This document shows positions 28,111-37,303 of a stretch of DNA of 64,000 nt, piece after piece. A model generated the notes under the pieces. It was not told where the DNA came from and did not search any database. It saw only the letters and a list, made by a program, of their open reading frames with translations. Position 1 is the first letter of the stretch. Every line of letters begins with the position of its first letter. The stretch is from contig OY969696.1 of the NCBI GenBank assembly GCA_963702005.1, forward strand, positions 3,136,001 to 3,200,000. Reading direction: 5' to 3'. The DNA comes from Candidatus Aminicenantes bacterium. GTDB lineage: Bacteria; Acidobacteriota; Aminicenantia; Aminicenantales; JAFGBC01. The translations under genes and the position numbers were made by a program.

Positions 28111-29778
28111 CTAGTTGGTGATCTTCACCTGATCCACGAATCCGGTGTCCAGGCCCGCCGAGCCGCTTGCGTTGCGCTTGAACTCCCACTTCACGACGTG
28201 ATCGCCGGCGCCGATATCGAAGGTCTTCGGCTTCCAGACGCTGATGCCGCTGAGGGTTGCTTTGGCCGTCGCATCCACATAAAAGCCGAGCTTGTCCCCC
28301 TTCTCGGATGAGGTCTTCCACCAGAATGAGATCTTCGCGGGGCCCTGGACGGAGATCGACAGCCAGCTTGACTGGTTGTGACCGAGGATGTCCGGCCGCG
28401 CCGCGTCCACGCCGTCGTGCGTCTCGGACGTCTGCCCGAGCCAGGACTGCGAGCCGCCGGTCTGCCAGGCGCCGGACTGGTCCAGGGCGGAGGGGAGCGG
28501 GACCCCGGGCCACAAACCAGGGGCCGCCTGGGCCAGCCTCAGCTCTGCCTCGTTGAGCGTGGGATTGATATAATAATACGAGAGGAAGGCGCGCCCGTCC
28601 GGGCCGAGCGCCAGGCGGCAGTCGCCGGAGCCGGTGGTCCCGGTCTTCTTGACCTTCTCCGTGACCCAGGCTTTTCCCACCTGCGCCCCGAAGACCAGGT
28701 TTAAGGACATGTCGCCGTAGGCCGCGGCAGGCCGGCCGTCGCCGCTCAACATGAAACCTAATTGGCCCGGCACGCCCTTGGCGATCGAAGCGACCTTCGA
28801 CCAGCCGCCCGCGGAGAAGCTCGCGTAGCGGAGAGCATTGTTGACGCCGTCCACCAAGAGGGTGGCGGCTACGTGAGGGTTGCCTGCGGCGTCGAGTCTC
28901 AGGTAAGTCGCTCCGTGGTAGCAGTTGTAGGGCTTGATGGCATCGACGTTCGTCTTGCTCCAGACGGCTCCGTTGGTCGACGTCGCATACCTCACGATGT
29001 CTGCATACCATCCGTCGATGATGATCCGTTCGTCCCCGCAGACGTAGGCCGCGTGAGCCCGTCCGGCGCCATCTATGGCGAGCGATACCGCCGCGCTGTC
29101 TTCCACTTTATCGTAGGGCCCGCCGGTGCTGACGTCCGTGATGACCCAGGCCTTTCCGTTCAAGGAGGCGTATCTTAATCCCACCTCAAGCGTGTCATCG
29201 TAGAACACGGTATAGAAGATGTGGGGCCGGTTCTGGCTGTCAAGCGCGATGGCGTTTTGCTCGCCGCACTGGAACTTCTGGTTGCCGTCGACGACCTGGT
29301 TGGACCACGTCGCGCCGTTATAAACGGCGTACATGAGCCGCTTGGCGGCGGCGTCGAAGTAAGCCACGTGCGGCGTTCCGGAGGCCGCGAGGGCCATCGA
29401 GATGGTATGAACCCCGTCGGAGCCCCAGCCGGGGTCATTTGCTATTTTCGAGAACTTCCAGGCACTGCCGGTCCAGGCGGCATAACGGTAGGTGTCGTTG
29501 CTTTGCGCCGTGTAGGCAAGGCGCGGAAGGCCGTTGGCGTCCACACAGAGCGCATGGTCGGCTCCGGGGATATTCCAGCGCTCTACCAGCGCGTCATGCC
29601 AGGTCCCCTCCCAGGCCGCCCGCTCCGGCTGGGATCCCGCCCCCATTCCGAAGAGCGCCGCCAGCAAGGCCATGAGGCCGATTCCCAAGCGGAAGCCCGA
29701 AGGCGGCCTCTTGCTCCGACGGCTCGCGAAGAGCTTCTGGCCAATCCATCCGAAAGAATTCGACGATAAAGCATGCAT
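28111..29778 (-). CDS. Secreted BNR-like beta-propeller protein with C-terminal jelly-roll domain
   Basis: Repeated SLA.D..G.PH..Y..L.YA..NG..W; C-terminal SFWWKTSSE..D.L.FYVD; start at ATG after GGGAGG. Confidence 0.75.
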   Translation of the reverse strand: MHALSSNSFGWIGQKLFASRRSKRPPSGFRLGIGLMALLAALFGMGAGSQPERAAWEGTWHDALVERWNIPGADHALCVDANGLPRLAYTAQSNDTYRYAAWTGSAWKFSKIANDPGWGSDGVHTISMALAASGTPHVAYFDAAAKRLMYAVYNGATWSNQVVDGNQKFQCGEQNAIALDSQNRPHIFYTVFYDDTLEVGLRYASLNGKAWVITDVSTGGPYDKVEDSAAVSLAIDGAGRAHAAYVCGDERIIIDGWYADIVRYATSTNGAVWSKTNVDAIKPYNCYHGATYLRLDAAGNPHVAATLLVDGVNNALRYASFSAGGWSKVASIAKGVPGQLGFMLSGDGRPAAAYGDMSLNLVFGAQVGKAWVTEKVKKTGTTGSGDCRLALGPDGRAFLSYYYINPTLNEAELRLAQAAPGLWPGVPLPSALDQSGAWQTGGSQSWLGQTSETHDGVDAARPDILGHNQSSWLSISVQGPAKISFWWKTSSEKGDKLGFYVDATAKATLSGISVWKPKTFDIGAGDHVVKWEFKRNASGSAGLDTGFVDQVKITN

Positions 29779-29845
29779 GAAAGCCTCCCGTCTATTGAAG
29801 GATTCCGAACGACGACTCCTCATTCCCGACAATAGGATTTTCCTT

Positions 29846-30057
29846 GCCAACTCTGCGCCGACCTGCCGGGCGGAGAGGTTGCCCCCTACTCCCTGATGTT
29901 CACATTCGGCTGCGTTCGTGATATTGCTCTCTTCGGTTCAGAATAGGTCGGGCGGAGGGATCTGACAATCACCGCCTTGGATGATTATCGTGATGATATT
30001 TTCTCCCCTCGTCTCTCGGAAGGGGCTAATTGGCCACTCGCTGGAGGGTCACCCCTT
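29846..30057 (-). repeat. ~210-bp inverted repeat, copy 2
   Basis: Reverse complement aligns with 23751-23964. Confidence 0.88.
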
Positions 30058-30621
30058 CCAGAGACGAGGGAAAAAGCGAGGGATGCGGGACATGTAATCA
30101 CGATAGGATGGGATGCGGCGCACGAGGTCGACTTCTTCCAGACGCGCCTGGACAAAGACGTAGCCCACGCAAAGACCGCAGGCGACGAGAGCCGGAACGG
30201 TGGGATGGAGGATGGCGCCGCTGAGTATTATGAGGAGGAAACCGGAGTAAATCGGATGTCGGGTGTGATTATAGATGCTTTTGATCACGAGCTTGTCCTG
30301 GGAGGTGGGTCGAAAAGACCTCATGCCCAGCAGGGCAAGCCCCCAGATCATCGGAATCAAACCAATGGCAATCAAGACCCAGCCCAAGATTTGGATCGCA
30401 GGATTTAGAGCGTAGAGATGAGGGGCGGGTTTTCGAAAGGCCAGTATCAGGCCGATGACCCAGACGGGAATGCCCAGGATATTCCGCAGGACAAAGGTGG
30501 CCGCGCGGCCGCCTCTCTCGCCTAAACGGCGCGCATAGAAATCCGTGAAAGCGCTGGCCCAGTTGAAAAGAAAGCCGATCAATAAGGGAATGAGGAAGAT
30601 AGACATGCCTTCGACCCCCAA
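30049..30621 (-). CDS. Isoprenylcysteine carboxyl methyltransferase / PEMT family membrane protein
   Basis: IY..TRHPIYSG, EE..L....Y.DY..RIPRF. Confidence 0.85.
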   Translation of the reverse strand: MGVEGMSIFLIPLLIGFLFNWASAFTDFYARRLGERGGRAATFVLRNILGIPVWVIGLILAFRKPAPHLYALNPAIQILGWVLIAIGLIPMIWGLALLGMRSFRPTSQDKLVIKSIYNHTRHPIYSGFLLIILSGAILHPTVPALVACGLCVGYVFVQARLEEVDLVRRIPSYRDYMSRIPRFFPRLWKG

Positions 30622-30822
30622 GTCCGGTCAATGACTGAGTCTTGGCTCCTATTTATATTAACGCAAAGTGGGATGATAGGTTTAGAGAAGAATTCAAACT
30701 CACGCCAGCCGCCGGCGGATAAAACAGCGAATTGAACCGGGCGGATAAATTAAGATGCATTGACAAACTCCTGGCTATTCTATACTATTACTATAGTGTT
30801 TATAGGATTATGAGGAATTAAA

Positions 30823-31365
30823 TTGAAGTTCGATTATAAAACCGTTTTAGTTGTCCTGGCTTGTGCCGTGATTCTAAGCGGGACGTTCAGGCCCGGCTAT
30901 GCTCAGACGACCGTCCAGTCCCTGTCCGTTTCCCCGAGCGCCCTCAGGCCGGCTTCCCGTGCCGCCGCCGACTTGGACTGGTTCGGGACCCAGACGGAGT
31001 TCTACTTCCTCAACCTCGATTTCGCAAACCGCTACGATGAGGAAAGCTATGCGCCGCTTTTTCTTCCCGACCGGGCGCGGATCAAGTCCCTGGTCGTGCA
31101 TTACATGGACCGGGGCTGCGCCCAGGCTCAGGAGCTCTGGGTGACTCTGGTCCGTCAGAACATGGCGAGCGGGCTGGTCCAGAAGATGGCCGAAGTCACC
31201 AGCCGGGGTCTCAAGATCGATCCGACCCGGAAAACGCTCGAAGACGCGACGATCGACAACGGCCTGGTGGATAACCGCCGCTACTCCTACAGCCTCCTCG
31301 TCAAATTCAATTACATCAAACACGACCGGGTCCGTTTCCACGGCGCCCGGATCGTCTACGAATGA
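30823..31365 (+). CDS. Secreted hypothetical protein, paralog of 34379-34909
   Basis: Signal peptide; shared LS.SP...RP, AP..LP..A.IK.L.V.Y, VDN..YSYS, RF.GA.I.YE. Confidence 0.75.
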   Translation: MKFDYKTVLVVLACAVILSGTFRPGYAQTTVQSLSVSPSALRPASRAAADLDWFGTQTEFYFLNLDFANRYDEESYAPLFLPDRARIKSLVVHYMDRGCAQAQELWVTLVRQNMASGLVQKMAEVTSRGLKIDPTRKTLEDATIDNGLVDNRRYSYSLLVKFNYIKHDRVRFHGARIVYE

Positions 31366-31501
31366 CTTGAACGGCCGCCGAATCGGCGGACCTTGACATC
31401 GGCGCGCGGCTGGCAATATTATTCCATCGTGATCAGCAAGAGAGATTCGGCGCTCGGAGCGGTGGAGGGGTGAATTAGAAAAGAGTGGCTGACACGACAG
31501 A

Positions 31502-32551
31502 ATGCTCCAGATAGGACCTAGAGACGGACCCGTTTCGCAAGAGGGGCACGTAGCCGTCATTATCGTCAATTACAACGGGGGGGACAAGATTCTGAAATGT
31601 CTCCAATCGCTTGAACGTCAAACTTACCCCAATTTTAAGGCAGTGGTCGTCGATAATCGATCCAGGGACGGATCGCTCGAGGCGGTCCGAACGCGGTTTC
31701 CTCAAGTGAGGGTCATCGAAAACGATACCAATGCCGGTTGGGGCATTGCCTGCAACGTCGGGATTGAAGCCACGACAAGCGAATACGTGGCATTGCTCAA
31801 TAACGATGCCTATCTTGACGAACGCTGCCTCGAAGAAATGGTGCGGTCCATTCAACTCCTCGAAGACTACGGCTCGTGCGCCAGCAAAATTCTTCTCTGG
31901 GACGACCCGGCTAAGATCGAAGTGGCCGGCTTGGTGATCTATCGAGACGGGCTGTCCGTCGGGAGGGGGCGCTTGCAGCCGCCGGATCGCTACAACGACT
32001 TGGAGGAAGTTTTCTGCGCCAACGATTGCTGTTGCCTGTACCGCCGAGAAATGTTGAACGATATCGGTCTCTACGATCCCGATTTTTTCATCTATGCGGA
32101 TGAGACCGATATGGGCTGGCGGCATCAGTTGGCCGGATGGAAATGCATCTACACGCCGAGGGCGATCGCCTACCATGCTCATTCAAGCGCGGCCGGGACC
32201 TATTCCGATTTCAAGGCCTATCATGTCGAGCGCAACCGCATCTATCTGTGTTTGAAATACTTTCCAATTCGAATGCTGATCGCCAGTTTCTTCGCGGCCT
32301 ACCGTTACGGCTGTCAAGTCTGGGCGGCGCGCAAAGGGCGGGGTTCGCTGGCGAAATATCGTGAACACTCTTCCCTGGGCCGCGGCTTGAGGCTTCTTTT
32401 CAAGATCCATCTTGACGCATTCCGAATGGCGCCGGTGATGCTGCGGCGGCGGCGAGACTACCGGTCCATTCGCCGCATATCGAACAACGATATTAAGGCC
32501 TTGTTCCGCCGTTATGGAATCACGGCGCGTGAAGCGGCGCGTTATGAGTAG
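31502..32551 (+). CDS. Glycosyltransferase family 2
   Basis: VIIVNYNG, VVDN.S.DGS, LLNND, FFIY.DETD. Confidence 0.92.
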   Translation: MLQIGPRDGPVSQEGHVAVIIVNYNGGDKILKCLQSLERQTYPNFKAVVVDNRSRDGSLEAVRTRFPQVRVIENDTNAGWGIACNVGIEATTSEYVALLNNDAYLDERCLEEMVRSIQLLEDYGSCASKILLWDDPAKIEVAGLVIYRDGLSVGRGRLQPPDRYNDLEEVFCANDCCCLYRREMLNDIGLYDPDFFIYADETDMGWRHQLAGWKCIYTPRAIAYHAHSSAAGTYSDFKAYHVERNRIYLCLKYFPIRMLIASFFAAYRYGCQVWAARKGRGSLAKYREHSSLGRGLRLLFKIHLDAFRMAPVMLRRRRDYRSIRRISNNDIKALFRRYGITAREAARYE

Positions 32552-32569
32552 GCCGAAGGAGTTTGGAGG

Positions 32570-33712
32570 ATGGCCATGATCCAGATTTTCTCGAACACGC
32601 TGGGGGAGGAAGAGCTCCAAGCCGTCGCGGAAGTATTCAAGACCAAGTGGGTCGGCAAGGCCAAGCAGAGCGACGAATTTGAGCGCGAATTCGCGGCGCA
32701 TCTGCGCGTGCCCCAAGTCCTGCTGCTCAACAATTGCACGGCGGCCATTTACGTGGCGCTGCGCGCCCTGGGCATCGGTCCCGGCGACGAAGTCATCATC
32801 TCAACCGTCAATTTCGTGGCCTGCGCCAACGCGGTGATTGATCTGGGCGCCAGGCCGGTGTTTGCCGATGTCGATCCGCGGACCCTCAACATCCTCCCCG
32901 GCGAGATTGAGCGGTTGACGACCAAGCAGACGAAGGCCGTGATCATTCTGCACTACGGCGGGCATCCCGGCCCGATGGATGATATTCGCGCCGCCTGCAA
33001 GGAGGGCATCGCCATTGTCGAAGACAGCGCCAACGCGATCAGTTCTTCCTACAAAGGCAAGATGTGCGGGACGCTCGGCGATGCGGGATTCTTCAGTTTC
33101 GATGCCATGAAGATTTTGGTGATGACGGATGGCGGCGCGCTCTACCTGCGCGATGAGGAAGCGCTCCAGCGAGCGAAGATTTACCGCTACTTAGGGCTTG
33201 CCCCCAAGACGACGTCGGGCAAGGATGCCCTGGGGCAAAAGGAAACGCGGTGGTGGGAGTATGAATTGGCGTCCACCTCCGGACGCTTTATTTCGAACGA
33301 CGTCATGGCGGCGATCGGACGGGTCCAATTGAAAAAGCTGCCCGGTTTCATCGCGCGGCGCAAGCAAATCTGGGAATACTATCAGCGCGAACTCGCCCGG
33401 GAACCGGGTCTCGTCTGCCCGCCCGAGCCGCTGCCGGATACGACGGCATCGTATTATCTGTACTGGGTCCAGCTGTCAAAGGGCAGGGACGCGCTGGCAC
33501 AGTATTTGGCGGACAACGGCGTGTACGCGACCTTTCGCTATTTCCCCCTGCATCTGGTGAAGTATTACGGCGCCCGCTGCGAATTGCCGAACTCGGAGTG
33601 GGTCAGCGAGAGTACGCTCAACCTGCCCTTGCATCAAAACCTGTCGGACGATGATGTCCAAAAGATCGTTGAATTGGTCAAGCGCTTCTTGACGTCCGGG
33701 AGGCCGCGATAA
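32570..33712 (+). CDS. DegT/DnrJ/EryC1/StrS aminotransferase
   Basis: GPGDEVI, IVEDSA, FSFDAMKIL...DGG, LNLPLH. Confidence 0.93.
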   Translation: MAMIQIFSNTLGEEELQAVAEVFKTKWVGKAKQSDEFEREFAAHLRVPQVLLLNNCTAAIYVALRALGIGPGDEVIISTVNFVACANAVIDLGARPVFADVDPRTLNILPGEIERLTTKQTKAVIILHYGGHPGPMDDIRAACKEGIAIVEDSANAISSSYKGKMCGTLGDAGFFSFDAMKILVMTDGGALYLRDEEALQRAKIYRYLGLAPKTTSGKDALGQKETRWWEYELASTSGRFISNDVMAAIGRVQLKKLPGFIARRKQIWEYYQRELAREPGLVCPPEPLPDTTASYYLYWVQLSKGRDALAQYLADNGVYATFRYFPLHLVKYYGARCELPNSEWVSESTLNLPLHQNLSDDDVQKIVELVKRFLTSGRPR

Positions 33713-34323
33713 TGACGGTTCCCGACGTCAACAAGGCCGAAGCGGCTCTCCGTTCGGAGGGATCCGGATGGGTCAAGAATGAAGGCGAGGGATTGCGCTG
33801 GGCGCGGCATTCCGACCTTCCGTGTATCGTCGATATGGCGATCGAGGCATTCGAGTGGTCATACGATGCCGCGCGACTCCAACATCTGTGGAGCGAAAAG
33901 CCGGAATTGAATATTTTTGTCGTTCTGGAGCACCAACAGGGGGTCGTGGGCTTCATGGAAGTGTTTTGGAAAAAAACCAAATGGCGCCCGCCGACGGGAA
34001 TCCCGATGAAAATATGGTTTCACGAATGGCTGGCCCACAAGCTGCTTTGCGACCGGCGTTACAGCAAGGATGGCCCCTATATTTTCCTGATCGCACGCCA
34101 TTCCGCTGCGCCAAGAGGCGTCGGCGCCATGATGGTGAGAGAGCTTCAGAAGCACCATGATGTTGTCTCGGTTATGTACGACCGTAGGAATAGACAGTTG
34201 GACGTCTACTATCGGGACTTGGGATTCTCCGAACGAAGAAATCCTCTTCCGTTGGCCCTGGGGCGAATGATCGATCGCAAGTATGTTTATGCCCAGTGGC
34301 GCGCAAACGCGAATCCAAAATGA
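33712..34323 (+). CDS. GNAT-like protein
   Basis: VVGF, RGVGA.M and YY.DLGF motifs; translationally coupled (TAATG). Confidence 0.6.
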   Translation: MTVPDVNKAEAALRSEGSGWVKNEGEGLRWARHSDLPCIVDMAIEAFEWSYDAARLQHLWSEKPELNIFVVLEHQQGVVGFMEVFWKKTKWRPPTGIPMKIWFHEWLAHKLLCDRRYSKDGPYIFLIARHSAAPRGVGAMMVRELQKHHDVVSVMYDRRNRQLDVYYRDLGFSERRNPLPLALGRMIDRKYVYAQWRANANPK

Positions 34324-34378
34324 CTTTGGATTGGAACCGTCTGTTGACTGGAGGACTGGAATTTCAAGGAGGAAGACC

Positions 34379-34909
34379 ATGAAAAAGCTGGCGACTGTAC
34401 TGGGAATTTCTTTTTTAGCCGTCTTGACCGCGGCCCTGGGGTGCGGCCTTTTCGCTCAAGCTACAACGAAATACCTTTCGATCAGCCCCGGAACCTTTAG
34501 GCCCATCAATTGGGACCAGATGGCCGTGCTGATGTGGTCCGGCACGGACGACGAATTCAATTTTGATACCGGCGCTACAGGAGTCTTCGAGGCCGTCGCC
34601 CCCGTATATCTGCCTCAGGGGGCCATCATCAAAAAGTTGACGGTTTACTACACGGTCAACGGCACGCACTCGAATGACTTTTTTGATGCCGTTCTCACCC
34701 GCCGTAAATTGGCCACGGGGGGGAATGGAGCCTTAGCCAGCATGACAACGCAAGCGGTCTCGCCTTCAAACGTAAGAAAATATGCCGAGGTTTTGATCAC
34801 AAAGAATAACAAAGTCGACAATCAGAACTACAGCTATTCTATCAGGCTGTTCTTCCATTCAGGAAACATTTACGTAAGATTCAACGGGGCTGTGATCGAA
34901 TACGAATAA
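34379..34909 (+). CDS. Secreted hypothetical protein, paralog of 30823-31365
   Basis: AGGAGG RBS, signal peptide, shared motifs. Confidence 0.75.
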   Translation: MKKLATVLGISFLAVLTAALGCGLFAQATTKYLSISPGTFRPINWDQMAVLMWSGTDDEFNFDTGATGVFEAVAPVYLPQGAIIKKLTVYYTVNGTHSNDFFDAVLTRRKLATGGNGALASMTTQAVSPSNVRKYAEVLITKNNKVDNQNYSYSIRLFFHSGNIYVRFNGAVIEYE

Positions 34910-34928
34910 TCTTTCAAAAGAAAAAACC

Positions 34929-37067
34929 TTACTTCATAAGCTTCGTGACGAAGCCGTCCCAGTAGCCGCCCGCGTAGCCGGCCTGGTACGGATTCAAGAG
35001 AGGAATGTCCCGGCTGTTCGTATAGCCGGCCAGATAGATCCCGCCCTTGCCGTCGATCGCCAACCCGGAAATGGCGTCCGAGTAGGATCCCCCGAAGAAC
35101 GTTGAAAGGACGAGGCTCCTCCCGTCCGGCGTGAACACGGTCAGGAAACCGTCGGTCGTCCCGGTCCTGACGCTTTTATAGGCGTCCTTGACCGGGAAAT
35201 ACTGGCTGTAGGTCTCCCCCGCCACGTAGGCCCTTCCCTCCGCGTCGACCGCGAGGTCGTAAGGAGTGTCCCAGCCTTCCCCTCCCAAATACGTCGAGTA
35301 GACGAAATCTTTTCCGTCCGGGGCGATCTTAGTCAGGAAGGCATCAATCCCGCCCTTTCGGGTTTTCCTAAACGCGTTTTTAACGGGGAAGTTCCCGAAG
35401 GTATAGCCCGTCAGATAGGCGGCGCCCTTGCCGTCAACAGCTACCCCGGTTCCGGAGTCCATGTTGGGTCCCCCTAGGTAGCTGGCATAGATGAAGGAGT
35501 CCCCGGCCGGAGCCAGTTTGACGATGAAAGCATCCATCCATCCGCCCCCGTATTTTTTCTGAATGGCGTTCTTGACCGGGAAATTCAGGTCCGCCGTCGT
35601 GCCGACGGCGTAGACGGCTCCCGCGCTGTCGACAGCCAAGTCGGCAATATTATTCATCCGGCCGGACAGGCCGAACTTCTTGGAATAAATCTTGTTCTTT
35701 CCGTTGGGCTCAAACTTCGAGATGAAGATATCGCCGTTTCCTCCGATAGCCGGCCTATTGACGGGACTATCAGCAATAAATCCGAAGGTGCTCACCCCTC
35801 CTCCCAGGTAAATTGTTCCCTGGGAATCCAGAGCAACGGCCGACAGGGTTTCCTCTCCCGTGCCGCCATAATAGGACGAGAAGACCAGGCTTTTTCCGTT
35901 GGGAGCCAGCTTGAGGAAGAAGCCGTCCTGCCATCCGCCGCCGTAGGTATCCTGATAAGCGTTTTTGACGGGAAAATGTTCGCTGCTGGTGCTGCCGACG
36001 AGGAAAGCGGCCCCCGAGGGATCGACCGTGAATCGGCCGGCTCCCCCTCCCTCGGACATAATAACCACCAAGAAGGAATTGAGAGCGCCCCTGCCCGCGG
36101 AGCCCGCCTTGGCAAAGACGCCTTGATTCCCGGCGTTATTTCTCAGGATCATCATCCCGAAGCCGACGGGGAAGAAGGCGGAATAGACCAATTGCTTGCC
36201 GTCCGGAGAGAACTTGGTGATGAACGCGTCCCCTCTGGGAAATTGGGCCCTGACAGGGGGAAAATCCATGCTGTCCGTGTAGCCCGCAACATAGACGGCT
36301 CCGGATGCGTCCACGGCGACGGAATTCGCCTCATCGTAGTCTCGCCCGCCCAGGAAGCTCGAAAAGACGAGGACCAGGGGGTCGATGACAAGCTCGCAAT
36401 TCCTGTCATACGGCCCCAGCTTGAAGCCGTAAACGCCGTCGCTAATCGGAATAAAGTTTATCGCAACGTCCGCTTTCCGCCCCTGGATGACCTGATAAGC
36501 CGTCGGCTTCCGGTGCTGGATCTCCCCCTTGTCGGTCTTGACCACAAGATTCCCGTTCCCATCCAGCCTCGTCACCGTGTCTGCCGCATACCCGAACCGG
36601 ATCAAGGTCGGATCGGCGCCGGCCTTGACGATCCAGTCGTACTCCACAACCTTACCGGTGCCGTAGAGCTTGAGGTCGATCCCCTCGTAGAGCCCTTTAT
36701 AAAGGGCCGCCTTCGAGGTCGGGATCCCGGTATGCCAGTCCCGCTCATCTCGTCCGTAGAAGTAGCTTACGATATAATCCGTCGGGTCCAACGCCGATAC
36801 TTCGGCATCGGACCGGGCGCCCGGAAACGTCATCCCGGTTTGGTCGAACCGGAGCCCCTGTCGAGTCAGCCACAGCGTGTACTCGGGCGTCTTGGCGTAG
36901 AAGAGAGCTTCCGGGTCCGCCTGCCCTTGGTTGGCGATAAAATAGAGCGGAACCTGACCGAATCCGGTCTCGGGCCTGACCTGGGAGGCCTGTCCCCGCC
37001 CCGCCATTGAAACGATAGCCGCCCAGAGCGCAAGGCCGACCACGGAAAAGACAACGATTTTTTTCAA
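34929..37067 (-). CDS. Secreted SBBP beta-propeller repeat protein, paralog C
   Basis: Colinear with paralogs A and B; 712 aa. Confidence 0.9.
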   Translation of the reverse strand: MKKIVVFSVVGLALWAAIVSMAGRGQASQVRPETGFGQVPLYFIANQGQADPEALFYAKTPEYTLWLTRQGLRFDQTGMTFPGARSDAEVSALDPTDYIVSYFYGRDERDWHTGIPTSKAALYKGLYEGIDLKLYGTGKVVEYDWIVKAGADPTLIRFGYAADTVTRLDGNGNLVVKTDKGEIQHRKPTAYQVIQGRKADVAINFIPISDGVYGFKLGPYDRNCELVIDPLVLVFSSFLGGRDYDEANSVAVDASGAVYVAGYTDSMDFPPVRAQFPRGDAFITKFSPDGKQLVYSAFFPVGFGMMILRNNAGNQGVFAKAGSAGRGALNSFLVVIMSEGGGAGRFTVDPSGAAFLVGSTSSEHFPVKNAYQDTYGGGWQDGFFLKLAPNGKSLVFSSYYGGTGEETLSAVALDSQGTIYLGGGVSTFGFIADSPVNRPAIGGNGDIFISKFEPNGKNKIYSKKFGLSGRMNNIADLAVDSAGAVYAVGTTADLNFPVKNAIQKKYGGGWMDAFIVKLAPAGDSFIYASYLGGPNMDSGTGVAVDGKGAAYLTGYTFGNFPVKNAFRKTRKGGIDAFLTKIAPDGKDFVYSTYLGGEGWDTPYDLAVDAEGRAYVAGETYSQYFPVKDAYKSVRTGTTDGFLTVFTPDGRSLVLSTFFGGSYSDAISGLAIDGKGGIYLAGYTNSRDIPLLNPYQAGYAGGYWDGFVTKLMK

Positions 37068-37303
37068 GCGATCCTCCTATTCCCGACTCAATTCCTTAAT
37101 GTTTTATCTTATATTGATTTTCTCCTCCCTGTCAAGCGAAAGCCCGTTTGGGACGTCGCCAAGCCCGGACTCGGGAATTCGGTCCAAAGACGCGACGATA
37201 ATGTATTGCCAATTTCCCGCTTTTTTTGGTATCGTATGATACTCGAACCGAGCGGACGACGCGCCGCGGCGGAATTCGTGGAAATATTTTGCAGGGAGTG
37301 CCG

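Noticed and set aside
30039-30057. CGCTGGAGGG shared between inverted-repeat copy 2 and the cassette junction
   Set aside because: Only 10 nt and not conserved in copy 1, so a relationship is unsupported.
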